DNA from: Eledone cirrhosa
Lineage: Eukaryota
Assembly: GCA_964016885.1 (NCBI GenBank)
Contig: OZ024748.1
Coordinates: 19,964,001-20,028,000, forward strand
DNA length: 64,000 bases
Reading direction: 5' to 3'
Part shown: positions 42,973-56,151 of the stretch, piece after piece
Position numbering within the stretch: position 1 is the stretch's first letter
Layout: each line of letters starts with the position of its first letter
Position numbers and translations under genes: made by a program
Notes under the pieces: generated by a model
What the model was told of the DNA's origin: nothing
What the model saw: the letters and a program-made list of their open reading frames with translations, nothing else
The model's database searches: none

Positions 42973-43023
42973 ACATTGAGAAAAAGACGATTATATACAC
43001 AAACATACATACACACATTCACA

Positions 43024-43030
<7 letters not shown>
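42880..43030. repeat. Inverted repeat with (TA)n loop (arms ~42880-42940 / 42970-43030)
   Basis: atggtgtgaatgtgtg...ctcaatgtttt versus aaaacattgag...cacacattcacaccat, 1 mismatch. Confidence 0.88.
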
Positions 43031-43122
<92 letters not shown>

Positions 43123-43917
43123 TAAATTAGCGAGAATGGTATTTCAGCTCAGGAATTAACGAAAAACAACTTCCGAGATGTGTGGCAAGCACTCGATGAT
43201 TCATATGAATCAGAGGTACAACAAACGTTAAAGGCCAAACACACTGAGATGGTGGTTAAACTAATCATCCGCAAAGCCAAGAAAACGACCAAGTATTTCG
43301 GGTCAAACAATAAAAATATATGTGATTGAAAATTTACCCGGACCCCTGGACTGATGGTAAAATCCAGTATTTGGGTTTCTGCGACACCATAAATCAATTA
43401 ATGTCTGCTTACATAAAGAATGTTTGGCTTTTGGTAAGATGATTGAACAAGGAAGTCGTGTTATCAACGGGTTTTATATATATATATATATATATATCAT
43501 CATCATCATCATCATCATCATTGTTTAACGTCCATCTTCCACGCTAGCATGGGTTTGGACGGGAATTTTCCCACTTGAGGCAAGATTGGTTGTCTTGCTC
43601 ATATAGGACTGTCTGGCGGGTTTTCTACGGCTGGATGCCCTTCCTAACACCAACCACGTTTACAGTGTGGAACTGGGAGGTTTTTACCGTGTTACCTACA
43701 CGGCCACATTACAGCGTGGACTGTGTGTTTTTTTGTCGTGACACCTACACGACCTTATTTGTTTCGGACTGGATGTTGTGGTACCAAACATAACTTTACA
43801 TTGAAAGGGGTGGTGTGGATGGGGTGGGGGTAGTGGGACGGGGGTGTATTTTTGTTAGCGGTGCCTACTGACTGTAGGTTTCGCTTTGTACTTAGGCAAA
43901 GCGGGTATATATATATG

Positions 43918-44083
<166 letters not shown>

Positions 44084-44274
44084 CATCTGTTTTCATGTGT
44101 GTGTATGTATATATTTATGTTTGAAATACTTAAGTGTGTGTTTTGGGTAGTGAGTGGACAGACAGAAAGCCAGACAAACAGACAGACAGACAGACAGAAA
44201 GACAGACAAACAGACAGAAAGACAGACAGACAGACAGACATACAGACAGAAAGATAGATAGATATACTAATAGA

Positions 44275-44958
44275 TATCTTTCTTTACTTGCCACAGGAGC
44301 GTACAAAAATGGGACATTACAAGACGTGATGGCGGGGCCTTTACATAAAAATAACTTTAACATACAATAAACTTTAAATAACAATAAACTATATATAATA
44401 AAATAACAATTGAAATCCCCAATAGGGGGGGAACGTTACTGCAGGGTTGTTTTACACCCCGTGGATAGAACAACCCTCAACAGCAGGAACACGTTTTGTA
44501 GGTGTTCCTGTCTTCCCTCTGTTTATCTTCCTCAACCTACAGGTTTATATACAGATATATAGATAGATAGATAGCTAGATGGAGAGACAGACAGACAGAT
44601 GGACAGTTAAACAGAAAGATAGAAATATAGATAACTTTCTTTTTATTTGCCACCAGGGCATCACAAAGTGGGACAAGTACAATGGGGGGAGTTTACATAA
44701 CAAGGCGTCCTCAATAAGGAGGAGGCAATAACAAAATATAAAAAATAAAATATAAAATATAACAAAATATAGATAGATTTCTTTATTACCCACATGGGCG
44801 CAACAAGAAAAGCGGACAATACAAAGACATGCCGGGGATTTTACATACAGTCGTGTAAAAAATATAAAAACAAACAATTACAACAATCGAAATCGCCAAT
44901 AGGGGGGAGGCGCCACAAATGGGTTGTTTAATACCCCGTCGATAGAACAACCCTCAAC
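44275..44958 (-). mobile_element. Cluster of related 3'-end fragments (probable non-LTR element) embedded in (TAGA)n
   Basis: Diverged copies at 44275-44480 and 44775-44958 plus a short copy at 44633-44700. On minus each ends (a/g)taaa(g/a)aa followed by (TATC)n. Confidence 0.55.
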
Positions 44959-45284
44959 TCCAGTATAACAAAATATAGATAGATAGATAAACAGAAAGAT
45001 AGATAGACAGATTTGCAGATATATGAAAAATTAAATTGAAAGATAGATCTGTATGTGAATGATATGTAATAAAACACCAGAATGGAGAAAGATTAGAAAA
45101 CCAGAGTCTTATAACTAACCCACACATATATGTCTGGAAGTAGCTGTCGAGAGGGGAACAGCTAAGCCGTTGGGCCCCAGTTCTTTCTGATATAGTCAAA
45201 CTCTACTATCCTAAGTATTGAGTGCCCTGTTAAAAAATGGTCTAACTAGTTTAATACTGGTTTAATCATTATATCTATCTATCC

Positions 45285-45343
<59 letters not shown>

Positions 45344-45412
45344 AAATAAAGAAATATATCTATTATCTATCTTTCTATTTAACTATCTATCTCTCTCTCT
45401 CTCTCTCTCTAA

Positions 45413-45445
<33 letters not shown>

Positions 45446-45490
45446 GTGACGAAACATAAGTCAATTGCATGAACTCATAATCCTTTATTT

Positions 45491-45546
45491 ACTGCTATAT
45501 ATATTTCGATGATAGCAATTGAATGGCTATGACCTCATCAGGTAGT
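45491..45546 (-). ncRNA. Minimal type I hammerhead ribozyme
   Basis: Minus: actac-CTGATGA-ggtcatagc-cattcaatt-gctatcatc-GAAA-tatata-TA-gcagt. Confidence 0.68.
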
Positions 45547-45876
45547 TAGTCAGTTCTTAGATATGCCAGCTCTGTGTTTATAGTGTTGATGGTATCAGAG
45601 CCTTGGGACATATATATATAAATATATATATATATATGTTAGTTCTTTCGTTACTTTGGTATTGTATGGTTGGGTTTTGTCTACCGCAATGTTCAATTTG
45701 TTAAGCTATTTAAACGTATGTTATTACTCTAAGGACCTACCCTTATTGAGTGCTTTGCTAACTCAATCCTTATTGTAGGTTGACTTTGCTTGGCCACAGC
45801 CAAAGCTTCGATTTTACTAAGCTGCCACTTGTATATATATATATACACTTGTATATATATATATATATATATATAG

Positions 45877-45908
<32 letters not shown>

Positions 45909-46085
45909 GAATATATTACACAGAGAGAAGTGTGTTACACAGTGGTAAGTGTGTAAAAAATTATTACATGTGAGTTTAACCATTACTGTATGGAGAACAA
46001 TACCTACAGGTTAGCAATTAAATAGAAAAAAAACTAAGTCAGAATCAAATCTCTGAAGTAGAGTTTTAAATTACTAACTTTATAA

Positions 46086-46433
46086 GGAGGCACATGGCTT
46101 AATGGTTAGAGGATTGGCCTTGCAATCGAAAGGTTGTGAGTTCAATTCTCAGACTGGGTGATGTGTTGTTTCCTTGAGCAAGACACTTTATTTCACATTG
46201 CTCCAGTTTACTCAGCTGTAGAAATGAGATGATAGGGACTGGGGTCCATATCATTCCACTGCAAAGTGGTCGTGGAGGTGCCACGGCAAAAAACACCCAG
46301 CACTCACTGTAAATGAGGTTGGTGTTAGGAAGGGCATCCAGCTGTAGAAATCAAGCCAGAATCAGTTCCCGTCCCACCCTTGCAAGCAGGGAAAAGTGGA
46401 CGTAAAATGATGATGATGATGATGATGATGATG
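46086..46433 (+). mobile_element. Full-length SINE family 1 inserted into the left arm of an inverted repeat
   Basis: The flanks 45912-46085 and 46434-46465 together are the reverse complement of 46553-46730. Confidence 0.88.
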
Positions 46434-46500
46434 ATAACTATAAGCTTGCTGATACAAATTTAGTTCATTTAGGCTAGATGTGTCATGAACAGCACCCATA

Positions 46501-46576
46501 CTTGCTGTCTGAGGATCCTATGGGCTGTTACACCGCACATTTCTGTGGTGAAACGAACTAAATTCGTATCAGCAGG
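46501..46576 (+). ncRNA. Type I hammerhead ribozyme with enlarged stem II region
   Basis: cttgctgt-CTGAGGA-(34 nt)-GAAA-cgaa-ctaaa-ttcg-TA-tcagcagg. 7-bp stem I, 4-bp stem III extension, GUA site. Confidence 0.62.
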
Positions 46577-46979
46577 CTTATAGTTATAAGGTTAGTAATT
46601 TAAAACTCTACTTCAGAGATTTTTTTTTTTTTTTTCCTATTTAATTGCTAACCTGTAGGTATTGTTCTCCATACAGTAATGGTTAAACTCACATGTAATA
46701 ATTTTTTACACACTTCTCTCTGTGTAATATATTTGTATTTGAGCTCAGATGAAAATTCTCTGTTCTTCTTCGAGCTAATATTATTATTACTGTGAACTGC
46801 GGAATACTTTAATTCCGATCTTTGTATATGTATATTAGGAAGGGCATCCAGCCATAGAAAACCCGCCAGACAGTCCTATACGAGCAAGACAACCACCCTT
46901 GCCTCAAGTGGGAAAACTCCCGTCCAAACCCATGCAAGCGTGGAAGATGGACGTTAAACGACGATGATGATGATGATGA

Positions 46980-47025
<46 letters not shown>

Positions 47026-47184
47026 CTGTGCGTGTGTACATATACATACATGGCTATATTTATATAAATATATATATCCAGGGAGTGTAACGTGAAGTTG
47101 TTGTAGGTTCACCCAGGTGAGCACTCGGTGTTTAGGAGGTTCACGTCAGTAGCGTGGTTATCGAGCTAAACAGAGTGGAATATA

Positions 47185-47577
47185 ATAATTGTTTCTACTT
47201 TTAGCACAAGGCCAGCAATTATTCCAGTGTATTACTGGTACTTTATTTTATCGACCCCGTAAGGATGAAAGGCAAAGTTAACCTCGGCGGGATTTGAACT
47301 CAGACCATAAAGGGCCGTAACTCTTTGCTGCAAAGCATGGCGTCCGACCCTCTACCGTTACAAGGACGATTTGTTAAGCCTTCATTACATTTGTTGATTG
47401 GCAGTATCGGTAGAGGGTCGGACGCCATGCTTTGACGCATAGAGTTACGGCCCTTTCCATTCTGAGTTCAAATCCCGCCGAGGTTAACTTTGCCTTTCAT
47501 CCTTACGGGGTCAATAAAATAAAGTACCAGTCATGTACTGGGTAATTGCTGGCCTTGTGCCAAAAGTAGAAACAATT
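47185..47577. mobile_element. Two divergent SINE family 2 copies (47185-47357 minus; 47396-47577 plus)
   Basis: The second copy is flanked by duplicated ttacatttgttgattggc. Confidence 0.85.
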
Positions 47578-48407
47578 ACATTTGTTGATTGGCGACACGC
47601 AAAAGTTCGACAAGCTTTTGATTCCAGAGTCGAGCCAGATCGATACAGTTCGAACCTTGAGCTGATCAATAGTGAAACGCACGTCACTAATCAATAAACA
47701 TAATGAAGGCTTAAGAAATTATCCTTGTATTATTATATACATATATATATATATACATATATATATATACATATATATATATACATATATATAAATCTCC
47801 AAACATCCGTGGAACTTACCAACTTTTCAACCATCCACTTACGCCATCACCTATATAACTCACCCACACACACACCCCAAAAACATTTTTTTTTCTCCAC
47901 ACGCCACCCACACCCACAACACGCTTAAACCCCACACACACGTGCTTCCCACCACATATTTACACCCTCAGCCTCCTTATTCCTCTACCCCCACCCCCCT
48001 ATCCACACACGCACAGACACTCCGACCCACAAAAACACCCCCCACACACACCTCTTCCTGAACATGCAACCCCGTTCTTCCCCCAACCCTCACTTTCACA
48101 TACACACACACACACACGCACACCTAACCACACACACCACCTTCAGCCCTCCCCGCTCGGACACCCCGTCTCCCTCTCCCCACTCCACCCGCCACCACCT
48201 GTTTACCCCCCTTTTAATTTCAGTTTATTTTGATCATGCCTTTATTTTTAAATTTTCTCATTCCTTGTATTTTGATCATGCTTTATTTTTATTTATTATA
48301 TATTTTTTGTCTTTATTTGTAAATTTTTCATTCGCACCGTTTCCTTTCGCTATATGTCTCTCCACCACTCCCCTACACACCTTTTGAACTCTGTTCCCAC
48401 ACACTTC

Positions 48408-48442
48408 TCACCTGAAGAAGGGCTTATGCCCGAAACGTCGTC
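48408..48442 (+). ncRNA. Minimal type I hammerhead ribozyme (classic Penelope type)
   Basis: ac-CTGAAGA-a-gggc-ttat-gccc-GAAA-cg-TC-gt; followed by AATAAA at ~48478 and (TA)n. Confidence 0.68.
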
Positions 48443-48529
48443 CCCCACCTACCCCCCACTCTCCTGAGCGTGAATTTAATAAACATTTATTGTACTGCCT
48501 CTCTGTTCTGTCCCTGTTCAAATTTTTCA

Positions 48530-48572
<43 letters not shown>

Positions 48573-48776
48573 TAAGGACAAAATGAAAACACACACACAC
48601 ACATAGAACAAACAACCAACCAGTAATATGTAAATAAACAAATAAATAAACAAATATAAACACACACAGACACCCGGATGTAACACATGTGCAAACTAAG
48701 CACACAACACACACAAAAACAAGATGGCGTAGGACAGAACAAAGGAGAGGCACAAAAACAAAGAAAAGAATCCCCA

Positions 48777-48819
48777 GTCACTGAAGAGGTCACAAAATGT
48801 GTGACGAAAGAACTTTGAC
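48777..48819 (+). ncRNA. Minimal type I hammerhead ribozyme
   Basis: gtca-CTGAAGA-g-gtcac-aaaatgt-gtgac-GAAA-gaac-TT-tgac. Perfect stems I and II. Confidence 0.75.
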
Positions 48820-48995
48820 AATATATGAATAATCGTTTGGTTGTGGAACCAACCAACCAACCGGAAATTTATAAATTCCTAAATTTATAAATTTAATTTA
48901 TAATAAATTGAAGTGAAAGCAACTGGTGCGTGTGTACATATGTTTATGTATGTGTGTGTGTGAGTGCATGTGTATGTATATCATTGATTCCTTAA

Positions 48996-49211
48996 CCCTT
49001 TAATATTCAAACCGGCCAAAACCAGCCAGAATTCTCTACCTCTCCCTGTTGAAACTGGCTGTAACTGGTCGTTCAAACTGATGTTAAGGTATTGTTCTCA
49101 AAATAAATAACATCAAAATCAGATTCGATATTATGTGAGATAATTATGTGAGGTAAAGCCTTTACCATGAAAATATAATAGTATATATAGAGTAACGTGA
49201 ATACTAAAGGG
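48996..49211. mobile_element. piggyBac-like MITE, opposite orientation to 3673-3892
   Basis: TTAA|CCCTTTAATATTCA...TGAATACTAAAGGG|TTAA. Confidence 0.75.
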
Positions 49212-49577
49212 TTAACAGGTAATGGAGTCATAAGGCTCTGTCTTAGTCATTCTAAATGAGACAATACTCATATCTCTCTAGGTGTGGCCACAACTGATTT
49301 ATTCTAAAGGGGGAGGAGGAGAGAGTGAGAGGGGTGTGAAATAGAGAACCACAGATTAAGAGAGAGTAGGGGGATGAGAAAGAAATAGAGCCTCATCATA
49401 GCCATACCCTAGTGGTAAGGATGTTGGACACGTACGATCATAATGTCGCAGGTTTGATTCCTTAACTGGGTTGTATATTGTATTCTTGAGCAAAATATTT
49501 CATTTCACATTGCTCCAGTATACACAGTTGAAAATAAGTACCAGCAACAGATGGGGGGGGGGGGAGGGTTCACAGTG

Positions 49578-49922
49578 ATTGACTGGCATCCTGATCAAGA
49601 AAGGTGCCTTGTACTCTCAGTTATTTAATACCATGGAAACCAGGGTAAGCACCTGCCTGATAAACCTCCAGGTTCGAGATAGACTTTTAACCTGCAATGG
49701 ACTGACATCCTATTCAGGGGAGGGTCTTGTACTCTCAGTCACTTAATACAATAGAAACTGGGATAAGCATCGGCCTGATGGACCTCCAGGTTCGAGATAG
49801 ACTTTTAACCTGCGATGGACTGGCATCCTGTCCAGGGAAGGGTCTTTTACTCTTAGTCACTTCATGCAATGGAAACTGGAATAAACAGCGGCCTGATGAA
49901 CCTCGAGTTTCGAGACAGACTT
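49578..49922. repeat. ~120-bp tandem triplication of a decayed SINE tail
   Basis: gactggcatcctg...tactctcagt...ggaaac...cctgat...ttcgagatagacttt three times. Confidence 0.7.
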
Positions 49923-50494
49923 TAGAGTTTATAGCCATGCAATAATGCTTACTAGGGCAGAAACTATGGTGAGTAACAAACAGCCAATTATAACAACCAC
50001 AGAAAACATTTTTTAAATGAAGTTTGTTCATTATTCTAAGTACTATACATACACCTTTGATGAGTTGTAGTGCATCTGAGCACTGTACACAATAATTTTC
50101 ATAATCTTTATTATAGCTGATTGGCAGAATCAGTAGAGGATCAGATACTATGCTTTGTAGCATAGAGTTATGGCCTTTATGTTCTGAGTTCAAATCCTGC
50201 AAAGGTTAGCTCTGCCTTTTATCCTTACAGGGTCTATAAAATAAAGTACCTGTCATGCACTGATTTCGATTTAATGGACTTTCCCCTCCCCCAAAATTGC
50301 TGGCCTTGTGCCTAAAGTAGAAACAATTATTATTATAAAAGTAACATGACCAGCATTTGAACACAGAAGTTATAATTGAATATTGAACTACTTTTAAGTA
50401 TAGTGTAGATATTGATACTGTAAATTTATATTCTAAACTCAAAGTTAATAGTCTGACACATTGTAATTTTAATGTAAAATTAAACACATCACAT

Positions 50495-53400
50495 TACCAC
50501 CCGATATACCATCCACCCTGGCTATATCTGATATATAAAGATAACACCCCACCCCACCACCACCACCACCCTACATACCATCCACCTAGTCTGCACTTTA
50601 CTTACCCACCCGGTATACCATCCACCCTGGCTATATCTGATATATAAAGATAACACCCCACCCCACCACCACCACCACCACATACCATCCACCTAGTCTG
50701 CACTTTACGTACCCACCCGGTATACCATCCACCCTGGCTATATCTGATATATAAAGATAACACCCCACCCCACCACCACCACCACCACATACCATCCACC
50801 TAGTCTGCACTTTACGTACCCACCCGATATACCATCCACCCTGGCTATATCTGATATATAAAGATAACACCCCACCCCACCACCACCACCACCCTACATA
50901 CCATCCACCTAGTCTGCACTTTACTTACCCACCCGATATACCATCCACCCTGGCTATATCTGATATATAAAGATAACACCCCACCCCACCACCACCACCA
51001 CCCTACATACCATCCACCTAGTCTGCACTTTACTTACCCACCCGATATACCATCCACCCTGGCTATATCTGATATATAAAGATAACACCCCACCACCACC
51101 CTACATACCATCCACCTAGTCTGCACTTTACGTACCCACCCGGTATACCATCCACCCTGGCTATATCTGATATATAAAGATAACACCCCACCCCACCCCA
51201 CCACCACCCTACATACCATCCACCTAGTCTGCACTTTACGTACCCACCCGGTATACCATCCACCCTGGCTATATCTGATATATAAAGATAACACCCCACC
51301 CCACCCCACCACCACCCTACATACCATCCACCTAGTCTGCACTTTACGTACCCACCCGGTATACCATCCACCCTGGCTATATCTGATATATAAAGATAAC
51401 ACCCCACCCCACCACCACCACCACCCTACATACCATCCACCTAGTCTGCACTTTACGTACCCACCCGATATACCATCCACCCTGGCTATATCTGATATAT
51501 AAAGATAACACCCCACCCCACCACCACCACCACCCTACATACCATCCACCTAGTCTGCACTTTACGTACCCACCCGGTATACCATCCACCCTGGCTATAT
51601 CTGATATATAAAGATAACACCCCACCCCACCACCACCACCCTACATACCATCCACCTAGTCTGCACTTTACGTACCCACCCGATATACCATCCACCCTGG
51701 CTATATCTGATATATAAAGATAACACCCCACCCCACCACCACCACCACCACCCTACATACCATCCACCTAGTCTGCACTTTACGTACCCACCCGGTATAC
51801 CATCCACCCTGGCTATATCTGATATATAAAGATAACACCCCACCCCACCACCACCCTACATACCATCCACCTAGTCTGCACTTTACTTACCCACCCGATA
51901 TACCATCCACCCTGGCTATATCTGATATATAAAGATAACACCCCACCCCACCACCACCACCCTACATACCATCCACCTAGTCTGCACTTTACGTACCCAC
52001 CCGGTATACCATCCACCCTGGCTATATCTGATATATAAAGATAACACCCCACCCCACCACCACCCTACATACCATCCACCTAGTCTGCACTTTACGTACC
52101 CACCCGGTATACCATCCACCCTGGCTATATCTGATATATAAAGATAACACCCCACCCCACCACCACCACCCTACATACCATCCACCTAGTCTGCACTTTA
52201 CGTACCCACCCGGTATACCATCCACCCTGGCTATATCTGATATATAAAGATAACACCCCACCACCACCACCACCCTACATACCATCCACCTAGTCTGCAC
52301 TTTACTTACCCACCCGATATACCATCCACCCTGGCTATATCTGATATATAAAGATAACACCCCACCACCACCACCCTACATACCATCCACCTAGTCTGCA
52401 CTTTACGTACCCACCCGGTATACCATCCACCCTGGCTATATCTGATATATAAAGATAACACCCCACCCCACCACCACCCTACATACCATCCACCTAGTCT
52501 GCACTTTACTTACCCACCCGATATACCATCCACCCTGGCTATATCTGATATATAAAGATAACACCCCACCACCACCACCACCCTACATACCATCCACCTA
52601 GTCTGCACTTTACTTACCCACCCGGTATACCATCCACCCTGGCTATATCTGATATATAAAGATAACACCCCACCCCACCACCACCCTACATACCATCCAC
52701 CTAGTCTGCACTTTACGTACCCACCCGGTATACCATCCACCCTGGCTATATCTGATATATAAAGATAACACCCCACCCCACCACAACCACCACCCTACAT
52801 ACCATCCACCTAGTCTGCACTTTACTTACCCACCCGGTATACCATCCACCCTGGCTATATCTGATATATAAAGATAACACCCCACCCCACCACCACACCA
52901 TCCACCTAGTCTGCACTTTACTTACCCACCCGGTATACCATCCACCCTGGCTATATCTGATATATAAAGATAACACCCCACCCCACCACCACCACATACC
53001 ATCCACCTAGTCTGCACTTTACTTACCCACCCGATATACCATCCACCCTGGCTATATCTGATATATAAAGATAACACCCCACCCCACCACCACCCTACAC
53101 ACCATCCACCTAGTCTGCACTTTACTTACCCACCCGGTATACCATCCACCCTGGCTATATCTGATATATAAAGATAACACCCCACCCCACCACCACCCTA
53201 CACACCATCCACCTAGTCTGCACTTTACTTACCCACCCGGTATACCATCCACCCTGGCTATATCTGATATATAAAGATAACACCCCACCCCACCACCACC
53301 CTACACACCATCCACCTAGTCTGCACTTTACGTACCCACCCGGTATACCATCCACCCTGGCTATATCTGATATATAAAGATAACACCCCACCCCACCACC

Positions 53401-53850
53401 ACCACCCTACACACCATCCACCTAGTCTGCACTTTACGTACCCACCCGATATACCATCCACCCTGGCTATATCTGATATATAAAGATAACACCCCACCCC
53501 ACCACCACCACCCTACATACCATCCACCTAGTCTGCACTTTACGTACCCACCCGGTATACCATCCACCCTGGCTATATCTGATATATAAAGATAACACCC
53601 CACCCCACCACCACCCTACATACCATCCACCTAGTCTGCACTTTACTTACCCACCCGATATACCATCCACCCTGGCTATATCTGATATATAAAGATAACA
53701 CCCCACCCCACCCCACCACCACACCATCCACCTAGTCTGCACTTTACTTACCCACCCGGTATACCATCCACCCTGGCTATATCTGATATATAAAGATAAC
53801 ACCCCACCACCACCCTACACACCATCCACCTAGTCTGCACTTTACGTACC
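50495..53850. repeat. Homogeneous ~105-bp minisatellite, ~32 units
   Basis: Unit tacccacccg[a/g]tataccatccaccctggctatatctgatatataaagataacacccca(ccc)(cca)n ccctacataccatccacctagtctgcactttac[g/t]. Confidence 0.95.
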
Positions 53851-54354
53851 ATCTTACTGTGCAGCCACACTATCACCACCTTATATGTACTCCAAGACTG
53901 TAGCCATAAACGGGTCACTTTGATATGTCACATAGGCTGATGCAGTGAAAGAAGCTTAAAGCATATAAAATTAATTTTATATGCAATGTGCAGCTGCAAA
54001 TATTACATTTAATACGCCCTTTTAATATTAATTAGAAATTTAATATACATATATATATATACATATATATATATACATATATATATAAATATATGTATAT
54101 ACAGGACAAGTGTGCATGTGTGTGCATGGATGTTTGTATGTGCTGGTACTCATGTGTATACATATATTTATATATAATATATATATATATATATGTATAT
54201 AAACATATATATATATATATATATTCATATAAATATATATTTATATATGTATGTGTATTTGCATATATATATTTATATATAGATATATATCTATGTATAT
54301 ACACACATACATATATTTATATGTATACACACACAGACACAGACACACACAGGC

Positions 54355-54404
<50 letters not shown>

Positions 54405-54845
54405 GATATGATCATGTGGACGATGATGATGATATATATATATGCATATATTCTTAATGCAGAAATGCATGGTGTATATATTGGTGGAAGGTTGCAGGGT
54501 GTCATGAAATGGGTAGGGTTGGTGGAGGAGTCCAGGGAAAATATTTTATTAACAAACTTGAAAGTAAACATCTTTTGAAATTTAAATACAAAGACACGGT
54601 TGATAAATCTAAAGAAATATTCTCAAAATCCTAGTCTTAGTACAACTGGTGGTGTGTAGTGTATTGGAGGGGAATATACACATACAGACACACACAACAG
54701 ACATATATATATGTATATATATATAGAGAGAGAGAGAGAGAGACGTATACACAATGGACATACATACACAATCATACATACACATAACCAGTTCCAAACT
54801 GTAGGAACCTTTGCCTTTCCATTGTACAACATATATATAAATGTG

Positions 54846-55380
54846 ACCGCATAGGCAACACGGTAAAAACCTCCCAGTCCCACACTGTAAATGTGGTTGG
54901 TGTTAGGAAGGGCATCCAGCTGTAGAAAACACGCCAGACAGTCCACGCTGTAATGTGGCCGTGTAGGCAACACGGTAAAAACCTCCCAGCCCCACACTGT
55001 AAATGTGGTTGGTGTTAGGAAGGGCATCCAGCTGTAGAAAACCCGCCAGACAGTCCACGCTGTAATGTGGCCGTGTAGGCAACACGGTAAAAACCTCCCA
55101 GCCCCACACTGTAAATGTGGTTGGTGTTAGGAAGGGCATCCAGCTGTAGAAAACACGCCAGACAGTCCACGCTGTAATGTGGCCGTGTAGGCAACACGGT
55201 AAAAACCTCCCAGCCCCACACTGTAAATGTGGTTGGTGTTAGGAAGGGCATCCAGCTGTAGAAAACCCGCCAGAAAGTCCTATGCGAGCAAGACAACCAC
55301 TCTTGCCTCAAGTGGGAAAACCCCCGTCCAAACCCATGCAAGCGTGGAACAGGGACGTTAAACGATGATGATGATGATGA
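54846..55380 (+). mobile_element. RTE 3' UTR with 112-bp internal tandem repeats (~4 units)
   Basis: taggcaacacggtaaaaacctccc...gtccacgctgtaatgtggccgtg repeated; ends ggacgttaaacgatgatg. Confidence 0.85.
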
Positions 55381-55382
55381 TA

Positions 55383-55484
55383 CAGGGTGTCCCCCCCCAA
55401 AATATATACATACTTCAACAGTATCCTAATAAATATTGTCAGTACAAGTAATCAAAGGGTGTATACATTTTTTGGGACACACTG
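55383..55484. mobile_element. 102-bp Tc1/mariner-type MITE
   Basis: TA|CAGGGTGTCCC...AAAATATATACA and TGTATACATTTTTTGGGACACACTG|TA. Confidence 0.75.
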
Positions 55485-56109
55485 TATATATATATATATC
55501 TCCAAGACAATGTCACTGGACCGAGACCTTTGGCGGTACTCAGTAATAGAGAAGACCCGCCTTACCTAAATACATAGTAAAACCTACTACAGCCAGTAGG
55601 CATCTCTAACAAAATACACCCCCGTCCCACCACCCACACCCCCATCTACACCACCCCCTCCTATGTAAAGTTATGTTGGTGCCACACCATCCAGGCCGAA
55701 ACAAATGAGATCATGTAGGTGTCACAACAAAAAAACACACAGTCCACGCTGTAATGTGGCCGTGTAGGCAACACGGTAAAAACCTCCCAGTCCCACACTG
55801 TAAATGTGGTTGGTGTTAGGAAGGGCATCCAACTGTAGAAAACCTGCCAGACAGTCCTATGCGAGCAAGACAATCACTCTTGCCTCAAGTGGGAATACCC
55901 CCGTCCAAACCCATGCAAGCGTGGAACACGGACGTTAAACGTTGATGATGATGATGATGATGATGATATATATATATATATATATATAACGGCGATGAAT
56001 TATGAAAAAAAACAAAAATAAATAAATAAATAAACAAATAAATAGACAAATAAACAGACTAAATAAAGATGGCGTAGACATACAATGCAATGGGAGGAAA
56101 CATAATAGC

Positions 56110-56151
56110 ACCACTGACGATGTTGCAGATGTGCAACGAAAGAACTTTGTT
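56110..56151 (+). ncRNA. Minimal type I hammerhead ribozyme (same family as 48777)
   Basis: ca-CTGACGA-t-gttgca-gatg-tgcaac-GAAA-gaac-TT-tg. Upstream aagatggcgtag is shared with 48721. Confidence 0.7.

Noticed and set aside
50495-53850. CRISPR-like appearance of regularly spaced repeats
   Set aside because: There are no unique spacers, only (CCA)n length and single-base variants; eukaryotic context and no cas genes.
53851-53960. Unique segment ending at a donor-like site as a WWOX coding exon
   Set aside because: All three minus frames contain stops and none resembles the WW or SDR regions.
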